Shown: positions 1-10,799 of the stretch, piece by piece
Numbering within the stretch: the first letter of the stretch is position 1
Layout of the letters: each line of letters begins with the position of its first letter
Assembly (NCBI RefSeq): GCF_024521635.1
Contig: NW_026250428.1
Span: forward strand, 1 to 64,000
From: Tricharina praecox
Lineage: Eukaryota
DNA: 64,000 nt
Reading direction: 5' to 3'
Notes under the pieces: generated by a model
Told to the model about the DNA's origin: nothing
Databases searched by the model: none
What the model saw: the letters and a program-made list of their open reading frames with translations, nothing else
Program-made: the position numbers and the translations under genes

Positions 1-41
1 CCTGTTCAAATAGTTTGAGTACAATGAGCTTTCCAGTGGGA

Positions 42-1645
42 CACGTTACGGCGGTCGAAAGTGGACAAATAGTCAAACATGTGTATTGTGCATTTGACAT
101 TTTGCATTTGACATTTTGCTACGCGCCGTCTTGCAACCCACCGTTTTGGAACACAGCCCTGGTGGCCCCACCGCGCACCAAAACAGAGCGCCCACCGAGA
201 GAAAAAGAGATAGAAAAAGAGAGAGTAAAAGAGAGAGGAAACAGAAAGCATAGGGGAGAGAAAAGAGAGCGGAAAAGAGGGCGAAAAAAGAGAGCGAAAA
301 TTGCGAGAGAACGGTAGGTGACAGCGAGGAAAGGAGTTTGGTGGGGTGGAGATGGATTAGGGTTTAGATCACAGAAGCTAGGCCCCACACGATAAAAAAA
401 AAAAAAAAACCGTGCCATCACCACACTATAACCACCACTGACTCCACCGCTACCTCCGCCACCATGCCACCGAAGCTCTTTGTCTAGAGATGTTCCTCGC
501 CAGAGCAGCAAGCTCAAGGTAAGAAGGCAGACGGAGAGTGGAAGTTATTGCATACCAAGTTCGGACGGTGTGCTGAACATTGGTGTTGGATTTGCGCTTT
601 GTGGGTTAGAACATCTTAGTTTGCTTAACAACCAGTGAAGACTGGATTTCCGTTTCACAAATTGCTGGATATGGTTCAACTTGTGCTGACGTTGAGTGCT
701 TCCTTTAGTTGTATTGTTTCAAGCCTCATCTCAGCCGGAAGGAGCCCAGGAGCAGTTGATATCAACACATTGAAATTCCGAGTGCTATATTATGATCCTA
801 ATCCCAGTCATAATCCGAGGGGTTAGTCGGATCACTAGAGTACATAGGAGGAGACAACGCCCGCCCTGTCGACTTGCTGCCCGCTCCTTCAACTGGCCCG
901 TTCCCTCATTACAGTCGCTCCGTCGGCTCGGTGAACACTCCCAGAACTCGTCCGCTCTGTAGACTCACCTCTTCCCCGCCAGGAGTTGCTAATCCGCCTC
1001 GTTGCCTCCCGTCCTTGCATCTGTTGCTGCTACAAACTCCAGAATTGAGCCGCTACAGCGGGTTTCAACAAAGAGGTCGTGGATCTTGAAGCGATCCTTT
1101 CTCCGAGCCCTCCATTCCCCCACCCACTGTCAGAGTATCGGCTCCTGGCGCCTCTGCGGCCAGCTTCGGCCATTCGTCTGCCTTTTCGTTGCGAGGGACA
1201 CCCTTGTGAGGAGGGCACCGCCAAATGTCAATGACCATTTTCGGTCTACCTGTTCCTCTGGAGGGAGAAATCTAGCGGTGATGGTGACGGTATAGTAGTG
1301 GTGATGACTGTTTTATCGCGTGGGGCCTACTGCGACATCTGAACCCTAACGCATCTACACCCCACCCAACTCCTCTCCTCGCTGTCACCTGCCGTCCTCT
1401 CGCGATTTTGGCCATCTTTTTCCGCTCTCTTTTCCGCCCTCTGTTTCTCTCCCTTATGCCTTCTCTTTTTGTCTCGGTGGGCGCTCTGTTGTGTTGTGGG
1501 GTGGGGCGACCAGTGCCATGTTGCAAACCAGCGGGTTGCGAGACGCACGTAGCAAAATGTCAAATGCAAAATTTCAAATGCACAATGTCAAATGCACAAT
1601 ACACATGTGTGGCTATTTGTCCACTTTCGACCGCCGTACACGTAA
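42..1645. mobile_element. Non-autonomous DNA-transposon-like element with ~400-bp imperfect terminal inverted repeats (about 42-452 and 1272-1645)
   Basis: Left arm cacgttacggcggtcgaaagtggacaaatagtcaaacatgtgtattgtgcatttgacatt... matches the reverse complement of the right arm ...aatgtcaaatgcacaatacacatgtgtggctatttgtccactttcgaccgccgtacacgta along its length, including tgcatttgacatt subrepeats and the GA-rich tract. No clean TSD and no transposase found. Confidence 0.75.
830..1270 (-). mobile_element. Tad1-like LINE ORF2 fragment (end of RNase H joined to the ORF2 C-terminus), inside the long-TIR element
   Basis: Minus-strand translation gives RPKMVIDIWRCPPHKGVPRNEKADEWPKLAAEAP (RNase H W-x-P-x-H-x-G-x-x-G-N-E-x-A-D motif, ~1246-1144). 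After a frameshift/deletion it reads RKDRFKIHDLFVETRCSGSILEFVAATDARTG, the typical Tad1-like ORF2 tail. Boundaries approximate. Confidence 0.75.
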
Positions 1646-2796
1646 CCAGCATCGCAGCAGTCACTAGTGTTTCCGGCGCGGTACAGAACACGCCATGAAA
1701 TTGTGGCGTCGATGAATGTATTGAAGGGGGTTGTGGACACTAGAGAAAGGTGGCCGGCCGGCCGCCGCGTCGTGCACCACTCTCTGCCACCAAGTCCATC
1801 AGTGTGAAAATGTGGGTTTGTCATCCGCGCATGGCATGGTGGAGAAACACCAGCTCGCCGGGACGTGCGTTCGGCAATGCGCATTAGCTAATAGACCTTA
1901 AAGCACGGCTATCGGCTGTCGGTCGGTGGCTTTAACCGAGGACGAGGATCCACAACGTGTCATATGTGTGACACCGGGGTGGTTCACAGTTGGCACGCTC
2001 ACGGCAGCGGGCAAAGACAGTCTACTGATTAGAAGGGAACAGCACTTGTACAATGGCGGTGAAGTAAACGTGGAGGCCCAACTGATTCGCACGACGGGTG
2101 TTCTTGGAAACAACTGAAAAGGGTTGACGATCGGATAATGACGAATAGGGAGAGAGAGTACATCCAAGAGTAACAATGTCTGATTGTAATGGCTTAACTC
2201 CCAGTGATGGTAGTCGATACCTTCTCTACGATGGAAAGTCGTCGGTCTTTATACCGACACGTAGTAATAGTTGATGATAACCAACAGCGATACTAATGTA
2301 TTCCCATATTCATGAGGTATGTTGCCAGCTCGCTGGGTGTAACAGCCGCATCGATGAGGTTATTCCATGTCCGTCAAGTTCATTTAGCCGCCATCAAAGC
2401 CCTGGACAGCTTATATGTAGATAAATATCAGCAATTTTTGACGCTAACAAATCAGAAGCGAACGCATAAGATGGAAATAAATCGATGATATCTCACTCGG
2501 TTCCGATCGAGTGAGATATCGATACGCACGGTCCAAGGTTGCGTTCGCCCGTCACCAAGGCCAGGGTTGGATGTACTGCACGTGGTAGGTGTCCTGTGGA
2601 TGGCCTGCGTGTCTATATCTCCTTTTTGGAACCTCCGGAACGTTGGAATGCGTTTAGATCGAATATCGCTGATGTATGCAGTGATCGGCTGAATCGGCGA
2701 GACCACCACGGCTGATTGCAACATCCCCAACGGCGCCGCCACGTGTTCTAGCTCACAACCACAGGTTAATGTATCATGTACTCTTGTCAAAACCAC

Positions 2797-2966
2797 AGCG
2801 CCACAGCCCACGGCTAGTACAAGCGCCAACCTTTCCGGGCCCTGATGGGGCTCCACTGCTGCATTCCTCCTCTGGCTTGCCCGGAGCCCTACAGTCCTTG
2901 ATATCACGAGCCCGACAAACTCGGTCACGTCCTGGACATTGCCCTGTACGGAATACTCCCACCGCC
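2797..2966 (-). mobile_element. Truncated copy of the hAT-like MITE at 19900-20289
   Basis: Reverse complement contains gaccgagtttgtcgggc..atatcaaggactgtagggctccgggcaagccagaggagga, matching ~19950-20011. Absent from the paralogous position near 8161. Confidence 0.7.
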
Positions 2967-3145
2967 GTAAATCGTGTGAGTAGACCGACTACTCACAGGC
3001 ATGTGGCCTCACGTTAAGGGCTTGGATGTTGCAGCTCCTTAGGGCTGGATATGATTTCCTTTTTCTAATAAAAACCGCTCCCTCGAGCATCTTATTTACA
3101 TCGCCATCCGACATCGCATCAACCACTCGAAAAGAAACAAGAACC

Positions 3146-3420
3146 CTCAACAACCTCCCCTTCCCGGTCACATCAAGAAAAACATGAACCCTCACCGGAA
3201 TGACCGAATACATGGACTTCCGTGCGGCCTCCAAGACCAACAGACAGCTCTGCGACCTGGCCAAACTGATCACCCTACGCCGGTTGCTACAGAGGTCTAC
3301 AGAGACTATTCGATCGCAGCGAGGGTAGGCGGCCGTAGAGCCTTGGCTGAAGAGGATGATGTGGCGCATGCTAGCATGCGGGTTTCCGACTGGCACCACC
3401 ACTCAGCGTGAAATTTACCA
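3146..3420 (+). pseudogene. F-box-like pseudogene, paralog of 8374-8724
   Basis: Frame reads LNNLPFPVTSRKT*TLTGMTEYMDFRAASKTNRQLCDLAKLITLRRLLQRSTETIRSQRG*AAVEPWLKRMMWRM, with stops TGA 3185-3187 and TAG 3326-3328. The paralog has GAG (Glu) at the second site. Confidence 0.6.
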
Positions 3421-3820
3421 CGATGTGGTTGTGCAGGGCTGCAGGTTGTATCATCAGTATCTGGTGACCCTTCTCCGTTCGTTTTGACGTAGGCGGCTGG
3501 GCTAGATAATAGTTTCCGCGCTGGCGGCATCGTGGGGGATGAACTCGAGCTGAGAAGGCCGCTTAAATGTACATACGGCTTAATGAAATTGATACCGCTG
3601 ATCTGCCGAACCTATTGACGAGCTGTGACATGAACTCGAAACTTTGCCACATCTGAATCGGCGGGGCACCACTGGGTAAGTAGGTACGTAGGTACTTGTT
3701 CTGACAACTATGGTGCCTGCGGTCAAGTATCGTAGATGGGCAGCGCAGTGCGCTACGCTGGACCGTCCGGTAGCCCGCGACACGAACAGATCTCGGAGCT
3801 CACTCGATGCCGTGTTCCAC

Positions 3821-3920
3821 CAGTGTTCGACATAGTCCAGTTCGTCCGTCCTGAGCTTCGCACGGGCTGGACTGTATCTTGGCAGTCCATCCGGGAGCGG
3901 TGTTTGGACGGACTAATCTA
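3821..3920 (+). mobile_element. 100-bp dispersed mini-element (same family as 19736-19835 and 25293-25355)
   Basis: cagtgttcgacatagtccag...ccgggagcggtgtttggacggactaatcta aligns end to end with the reverse complement of 19736-19835; both are 100 bp. No TSD at this copy. Confidence 0.7.
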
Positions 3921-4115
3921 AAGTAATTATACCGTGCAAAATTGATGTCGGGTCACTTTTCTGGTGGGCTCATGACATCATCGATCTGCAGGAATCGTCC
4001 AATGCGTGCCGAAACTTCTTATATGGTAAATATATTCTCATTCAGTAGGCCTTATGCTACCTGCTACCTACTAGTTATATCTTGATATTTGTGATGTATC
4101 ATCGCTAACAGCTAG

Positions 4116-4482
4116 CCCTACAGGAGTATACATCATTTTTGCTGTCCAGATCAAACTGTATCTGGACGATACCAAGGGATACGGCCATACCAAGCTGCAT
4201 CGCATCTGGGATAATCTCGGCGATATCCCTAGATTCGAGAACCTGGGTATCAATGGATTCACCCTGCGTGCTCCAAGAATCAAGGCTCGTAAGCGCAAGC
4301 GGGAAGAGAGTCCGCTGTCAGAGGACATCTTTGAAGACATGGAGTACGGAGACAGTGACGGGCTTGGGGATTACGAGGACCCCAATGATATCTCAGAAAT
4401 TGACTGTACTGAGGTGGATAAAAATTTGCATTACATGAATGTGCATCATATCGCTGTCTTTTTAAACTACTTCAGTGAATAA
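4116..4482 (+). pseudogene. Exon-like open frame of an unknown, probably decayed gene (basic KARKRKRE patch followed by an acidic tract)
   Basis: Branch/acceptor gctaacagctag ends at 4115, then 121 stop-free codons (PTGVYIIFAVQIKLYLDD...NYFSE*). Downstream AT-rich sequence has scattered stops. Confidence 0.35.
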
Positions 4483-5108
4483 CTACACGTTGCAGGGCAT
4501 GACAGTACCTATCACTTACCAGACTCTAAAACATGGGCGTTATAAGAATTTCCCTGTGATGCGGAATATATCAGTCCAATTTTCGTATATGCACCATGTA
4601 GCTATAAGGGTGATAGAGCACATAGTTTGAATGAGGCTCATCGAAGACATATGCCATGTTTGTGAAGAAATCAAGCTTGTGATACTAAGGATTTTCTATC
4701 TTGGGCTGATATATCTCACAATGCTTCACAAAACCTACCAGTTTAACAGTCATTATTGTACGCCAGGGCTGTGCATTTAAATAATGACTATATTGGCCTG
4801 ACGAATGCCTTCAGGCTTAGAAAGTGAGAAGGCCAATTTATGTGATAGTGGTTTTCGCTTCATAGGCACCATGTAGGAGTTGCAAGAATTCTAGGGTTAT
4901 AAGAACATCAGCCTTATTTTAATATAAACCTTATGGGAAACCTTATCAGTAGGACGTGCTTATGAGTGGCTTATAGAAAGCCTGTAAAATTTCATCAACT
5001 TATACAAGGCTGACATAATGCCTCTGACCTAAGTACTAGGCTCTACATGGTACTGACCACTCCTCAGATATATTTCATCCAACCCCCCACCGTGACCATC
5101 TTTCTGAC

Positions 5109-5933
5109 ATGATGTCGCCAATCCCGAACGACCTTCCCATGACCTACACCTACATGGCCAGCATCCGCTGCCAGCTTCTGCGTCGCCGGGGCACTGATAT
5201 GGAGGGCCGAGTAATGATCTTTTGTGATCATTACGCATACGGCAAGTGCGCTGCCAAGTGGGCACAAATGGGTCAGGAGAAGTACGTCAATGCTGGCAAG
5301 CTCCGCTGCGGGTGCGGCTACAAGTACTCCGATGAAAGCCTTGGCCGCGCCTCGCGAGAGGGTTGTCAAGTCCGAGTAATTCTCGGGCTTGCAGGGAAAG
5401 AAGGCTGGGCTGGCCGGGCCTTCTTTCCCTGGGACCGCGGAGGATTCCGCGAAGGGGAATCAGATTCCCATCACACGCAGTATAATGCCGCTTACACCAC
5501 GTCGCAGCAGAGCGAACATCCAACAAAGTATCAGTCACGCAGCCTCTCCGGAGATCAATTGGGTCTACTCGCGCAGAATCCGCGTCCGAGCGGTGGCAAT
5601 CCGTGTGTTTCCATTCTAGAAACCATCTCGCTCCGCCACCATGGCTCTATTTGCTGCCACTTACTGACACACGCGTACAGCCGAGTTGTCGACTACTCCA
5701 AGTTGACGAACTCCACGACTTCCAACATTCGAGAGATGGGTGCTGCACCTCAGATCTCGGGTTGCGAACTTCCGGTACACCGACGTCAAGCTCCCTGCTC
5801 GCCCAGTAGGCGTCACCATCAACACGTGCACGAACCAGTCGACGACAACGGACATGGATGGCGCCGCTTCGCCGAACCAAAAGACATCCACCACCACTTG
5901 CGATGGACTGAGTTCTGGTGGACTTCAGATTGA
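5109..5933 (+). CDS. Hypothetical protein, possibly frameshifted
   Basis: 274-aa ORF preceded by a branch/acceptor-like tactgaccactcctcag; a few Cys residues in the N-terminal third; no recognisable family. Confidence 0.25.
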   Translation: MMSPIPNDLPMTYTYMASIRCQLLRRRGTDMEGRVMIFCDHYAYGKCAAKWAQMGQEKYVNAGKLRCGCGYKYSDESLGRASREGCQVRVILGLAGKEGWAGRAFFPWDRGGFREGESDSHHTQYNAAYTTSQQSEHPTKYQSRSLSGDQLGLLAQNPRPSGGNPCVSILETISLRHHGSICCHLLTHAYSRVVDYSKLTNSTTSNIREMGAAPQISGCELPVHRRQAPCSPSRRHHQHVHEPVDDNGHGWRRFAEPKDIHHHLRWTEFWWTSD

Positions 5934-7248
5934 TACGGCTGGTGAGCGAACTATGTTTCTTTATGGAGGATGTCTGTGTATTTTTGTTTGTGTTTAGTAC
6001 TGTAGTTCTTCTTTCAATCAATGCTTGTTCTGTTCAACCGTGCGGAAGCCTATAATCGTGCTTGTAAGATTAACAGAACAAAGTGCTCACAAGGACTCGC
6101 TGGTACTAACGGGGGTTGTTTTCACTTGAGTTCGACGAGATTCCTACACGTCTGGTACACACCGGCGTGTGTTCCCACTCCACCCCAGAGGCTAAACTGC
6201 CATTCCGTTTACCTGATCCGCAGATATCCAAGACATATCTCGTAGATTACGTTGATTTATGTCGCCACCCTATCAGGTAATTCACCTATCATCTAACAAA
6301 AGATCTTCTATGGTGTACATAGGGCACGGTAACGACAACAGCAACAGATAAGACTTCGAAGCTTCCCGGCGGAATCAACCCCGGCAACCGCATACTCACT
6401 ACACACAACATTGCCATCTAGCATATAAACAGCACCACGTCGATCTGTCAATTATACTGAGATCAATAACAGGATTGGTAGGAAGATAATTGTTGTCCGG
6501 ACGGGCGGTTGACCGCGCTGTTCTGGTCCACATGACCCTCAACTGCGACCCCCACCAGTCTCAGTTCGTGAGGAGCTATTATCGACGGTGCTTGTATCGA
6601 TCGTATCATCAGCACTGATTCTCTTCTCGCTGCATCAGACGCTTCGGGTGACTGGTCGGGCCGTGAGAGCGTGCCCCATCTTGAGCTGGTATCATCGTGC
6701 CACGAGACGTTTCAGGGCTTCGGCGGCGCTGGGTCGCCCGTCGCCGCCCCATGGCAGGAACTGACCCGTCTATGGGTGGTCTGGACTGCTGTTGAACGGA
6801 ATCGCCTGGAATGTCTGCAATTCTGCGAAGCCCAACTACCGAGTGATGTCTGCATGACATCAACAGTCCGAGTGATATTTGGTAGTGAGTGACTGGGAAT
6901 GTGGGAATGACGGAAGTGCACTCGTAGAGACACTCTGCAAAGGGCGAAATTCAAACACGATTACACATTAGGTACGTGGTAAACCTGGCGGGAGAATTAC
7001 ATATCTCCTGAAAAAGTGTTAAAAGTGATATTTGTCTATTCATGGTGGCAAGAGATACGGTTCTTTTGAGGTAGTGAGAAAAAGCTTTTCTCTAATGGCA
7101 CCACAAAACGTGTTAGTTACAGAGTAGCGCCGGAAAATTGCGAGCAGACTGGCCTGCTCACAAACATGCCAGTGGACCGGTCTGCCCATAAAACCTTTCC
7201 CTACAGCCCGGCCACCTCGTATAACCAGTCACTTCGGCAGGGGGCGGG

Positions 7249-7856
7249 TTACTTGGTCTGGTGGCCGGTCAATTTATCAAATACTAGTTTTGCCTGGCAG
7301 GCTAGAACATATATGATAGACAAGACATAGCTAGCAGGAACGTAACCAATAGAAGGAAGCAATGCGAAAGAAAAAAGATGCGCGGACGATTCCCAGGCCT
7401 GCCTGGGAATCTGAATGCGCCCACCGTGAGCCTTGGGTTCGGCTTCTAGGTTCGGTCAGCTATGGGCAGAGGAAGAAGGCGAGTATCGCAGAATCATGAG
7501 TCACTCACCCACAGGTCCACGGCGTAAGACCCGCGAGTTAGACCCTTGGTGCTGCTGACCGAACTTTCGGAACTCTCGGCGGGACTCGCGGTAGTACTTG
7601 AGAGATGTTAACCCGAATGAACATTGTGAAAGTTAGATGGCGGAAGACTCACGACTCGCGGCATTGAAAACGCAATATATTTCTGTGTCGAAGAAGTATC
7701 AATGTTGGTGGCTGCCGCGCAGGGCTTTGTAAACGAGTATGTTGATGGTGATGATGACGAAGGATGGAGGGAGAGAAAGAAAGGAAGGGGGTTGACGTGC
7801 GAGAGAAAACGGCGCCGATGTGCGCTAATATTAGTCCCCGTTAGCGTATCGCCCAT
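7249..7856 (-). CDS. Small three-exon orphan gene, copy 1 (exons 7856 or 7664-7653, 7596-7509, 7445-7249; 162 aa from the ATG at 7856, 98 aa from the ATG at 7664)
   Basis: Introns 7652-7597 (GTGAGT..GTTAAC..AAG, 56 nt) and 7508-7446 (GTGAGT..GCTGAC..TAG, 63 nt). Spliced frame ...KYIAFSMPRV|YYRESRREFRKFGQQHQGSNSRVLRRGPV|EAEPKAHGGRIQIPRQAWESSA... is open. Same intron positions and lengths in the copy at 55667. Confidence 0.55.
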
Positions 7857-7915
7857 GCTAGCGTCTCGCCTATCGATTCGAAGGTTCGCTGATAAGATGA
7901 TCGACTTATCTAAGC
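7305..7915 (-). repeat. Dispersed inverted duplicate of 55401-56288
   Basis: Long near-identical blocks, e.g. aaatatattgcgttttcaatgccgcgagtcgtgagtcttcc, ctaactttcacaatgttcattcgggttaacatctctcaagtacta and gattcccaggcaggcctgggaatcgtccgcgc, in opposite orientation. Confidence 0.9.
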
Positions 7916-8373
7916 ACCGCTGCCGCCGCCGTACATAGGATGGTGGATACGGATGACTGCCGGCAGGAAGGTGGTGGCCAGTCGTTATCCTTTAGGCGGC
8001 ATGAGGAACTGCAAAGTGTAGGGCTGTGGGGATGTGTGAAAGGGATTCCAGATTCCAGCCACTGCGTACCACGGCTGGTCGCAACATCCTCTACGGCGCC
8101 ACAAACATTCGGAGCTCACAGTTGTAGGGTAATGTATCATATTCTTCTGTCACAACCATAGAGTGACGACCTGAAGACGACAGACTGTCCGATTGCTTCC
8201 TGGCATCCAGGATGATTGTAGTTGTCCGCTCGTGTTGACAGTACATTTGAGGTCGGAATGTTTCCGCTCCTTGAGACTCGACATGATTTCCTTTTGCGAT
8301 GCATAAATATCGCTCCCTCTCGCATCGTTTGCTCATTACCATCTGGTATCGCATCGGTCACTCCGAACGAACC

Positions 8374-8724
8374 ATGAAGCCACAGCAGCCCGCTGTTCCC
8401 GTTCCAACCGAAGTCACTTTGATGATTATCGACGCGCTCCCCGGAATCCACGAATACCTCGACGTCCGCGACACCTCTTGGAGTAACAGAGAGATCTGTG
8501 ACATGGCTACAATGGCCACCCTGCGTAGGTTGCTGCAGATGTCCACCGAGAGCTTTCGGTCGCAGCCAGGGGAGGCGGATCTAGAGCCATGGCTGATCAA
8601 GTTGCGGCGGCGCCTGGAAGAATGCAAGTTTCCGTCTGGCCCCGCCATGCAGCGGGCGTTCTTCGCAGATGTTGCTATGCAGGGAGACCGGTTGTGGTGG
8701 CGGAGGATGGGGGTCGATCGTTAG
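8374..8724 (+). CDS. Small F-box-like hypothetical protein (116 aa), copy B of the 2703-3820 duplication
   Basis: accATG start; N-terminal VPTEVTLMIIDALPGIHEYLDVRDTSWSNREIC fits the loose F-box pattern (LP-E-hhh-I---L------hh----S---R-h). DNA homology to copy A continues past the stop, so the gene may be truncated. Confidence 0.5.
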   Translation: MKPQQPAVPVPTEVTLMIIDALPGIHEYLDVRDTSWSNREICDMATMATLRRLLQMSTESFRSQPGEADLEPWLIKLRRRLEECKFPSGPAMQRAFFADVAMQGDRLWWRRMGVDR

Positions 8725-9246
8725 GAATTCCACGGACTGACCGGGCTGGATATTGCAAAGAAGCTGTATCCGTGCCGACGGCGTCTTGAACTTAGCTTAG
8801 GTGATGCCGAACGAGCCGCTTCGAGATAGGTAGTGATACTTTACCGATAGTAATACCGCCGATCGCAAGCCTGCCGAACCTATTGACGAGCTGTCACATG
8901 AACTCGAAACGCGGACACCACTGTGGGTAGGTATGCAGGCACCTGTTAATATAGCCATGGTTCCTGCAGTCGAGTATCGTAGGCAGCGGAGTGAGCTACG
9001 CTAGACCGTCCGGTAGCCCCCCACAGATCTCGGAGCTCTACCGATGCCATGTTCCACCACCGGGCACCTGATGATGACGTAGGTACTCGGCAAGATCGTG
9101 GGGCCCAAGCTGCAGCCTAGGAATGAAAGAACCAATGCCGTATAGAAGGATGATTGAGCTCTAGGCGGCACGACGAGTAAACCTCCGTGGCGGGAGGTGC
9201 GTCTTGCATTGCAATAGCAGCTTGGGATTGCGTGACGCACGAAGCC

Positions 9247-9875
9247 TACCGCTGCCACCGCCGCCGGCGTACAATGGTGGATGAGGATGATTGCAGGAGG
9301 CGGATCGTGATCAAGTCGACTTCCTGTGAGCGGCGATGTTGACTGTGCAGTGCACAGCCGTGTGATACGAAGTAAGACGGCAAAGGGGATTTCAGATTTC
9401 CCCCTGCAACTCCTGAATCAGCATGCAACTCAAAGCCAAGGTGGGGGTGCTACTTACATCCCATAGTTCCAGCGGATAAGGGGCAAGGTGTGTCACTTGT
9501 AATAGCGAGATCCATCATTCAGTGAGAACTGAGTCACCGTAATTCACGATATCCAAGTCAAATTGGATATGTGCCAGGCCTTGTTGATCGAGCCTAAGGA
9601 GTGGCACTGGCTGGTAGTGGTGGATGAGAGCGAGTGCCAGCAGGACAGGCGACGCCAGACAATGGTGGATGAGAGTGAATGCCGGCGGAGGCGCGTAACC
9701 AGTCGACTTCCTCTGGCCAGCGCGAGGAACTGCGAAGTGCCAGGCCGTGCGAATACGTAGTCCAAAGGCGATGGGAATTCCAGATTCCAGTCACTGCGAC
9801 TCCTGAAATCAGCATGCAGCCCAAAACCAAGACAGAAATGCTACTTACATATTATGGTTCAGGCGGCTAAGTCAT
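9247..9875 (-). repeat. Two diverged ~220-250-bp direct repeats (~9250-9520, ~9650-9875), each with an intron-like GTAAGTAGCA...GCATGCTGAT(T)TCAG segment; a third partial copy lies at ~7916-8066
   Basis: Shared strings acaatggtggatgag, agtcgacttcct, tcagcatgca and tgctacttacat. A block near 9490-9520 (gtcacttgtaat..cgagatcc) recurs at ~10217-10240. Confidence 0.6.
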
Positions 9876-10464
9876 GAAGGGCCATCCCAGGTGTGTCAAG
9901 GGACCACTGATGATCGCCGCGCAGTGGAGTGAGCTGACCGAGTCGATGAAGGGCACCCCCGGAAAAGGCCGTATGAGAGAGTATATCGGCAGGAGGGGCG
10001 CCACCATATATGAGTGCCGGCAGAGGAATATGAGTTGTCGCCATACTCTCGGCAGCGCGAGAGACTGCGAAGCACATGGCTGTATGTATATGCAGTTTCC
10101 AGCCGAAGGGGAATCCATATCCTAGCCACTACGCCTCTTTGTGCAGCATGGCTATTAGATGTATCAAAAACGTGTGGCTTACATTGTAAAGCTCCGATGG
10201 CCAAGCGGTAAGGCGCGTCACTTGTAATGACGAGATCCGTGGTTCAAATCCGCGTCGGAGCTTCACAGCACCTTTTGCCACTTTGATGATATTTTGTTTT
10301 GCTCTGCGTCTGTTCGCCGAGTGTACGAGGTATCTACGGATTGCTACTAGCGGGAAAGGAAGGAAAGAAATAATCGTGAATCCGGAAATTGAGCTGCAGC
10401 CTTCACCTACCTACCAGCTATAAACACCTCGTCTTGTCCTTTCGACACATGGCTATAGCTGCCC

Positions 10465-10684
10465 ACCATCCGCAGCTTTTTTTTTTGTTAATTCATCGAT
10501 TGCGTGTGACCTATCTAGATCATGGCAATATCTACCCGTTCGCCCCCCCGTTTCCCTGCCACTGTCCAATCCAACTTTCGTCAGGCGGCCCGATGTGGCT
10601 TTCCCTACCCCCGCCGTGGCCTGTCCCGAAGATATATGAGCGCACCAAAGAAATGACACTAGGAAAAAACCATCCGCAGCTTTT
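10465..10684 (-). mobile_element. 5'-truncated LINE 3' end (~190 bp) with poly(A) tail and 16-bp target-site duplication
   Basis: accatccgcagctttt at 10465-10480 and 10669-10684; T10 run at 10477-10486; body homologous to 34656-34850 and 20600-20750. Confidence 0.85.
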
Positions 10685-10799
10685 GGAAATGGGAAAACAA
10701 GGAGGAGAGTTACGACGAGTGACGGATGATGCGTATCATGGAGGAGCAGGAGGAAGGGTTTAACGACACACGCCGTTATCACTTTGCGTCACAGATATG

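Larger units (their letters stand above)
2703..3820 (+). repeat. Diverged segmental duplicate (copy A) of 8066-9058
   Basis: Collinear shared blocks: accacggctg..gcaacatcc (2703/8066), aatgtatcat (2769/8131), gccgaacctattgacgagctgt(g/c)acatgaactcgaaac (~3605/~8874), cagatctcggagctc..cgatgcc(g/a)tgttccacca (~3788/~9025). Confidence 0.8.

Noticed and set aside
7047..7294. GGCAA...TTGCC-bounded MULE-like MITE
   Set aside because: The inverted match is only ~5 bp and there is no 9-bp TSD.
7388..7411. Helitron 3' terminal hairpin
   Set aside because: No CTRR terminus at the expected distance on either strand, and homology between copies continues on both sides.
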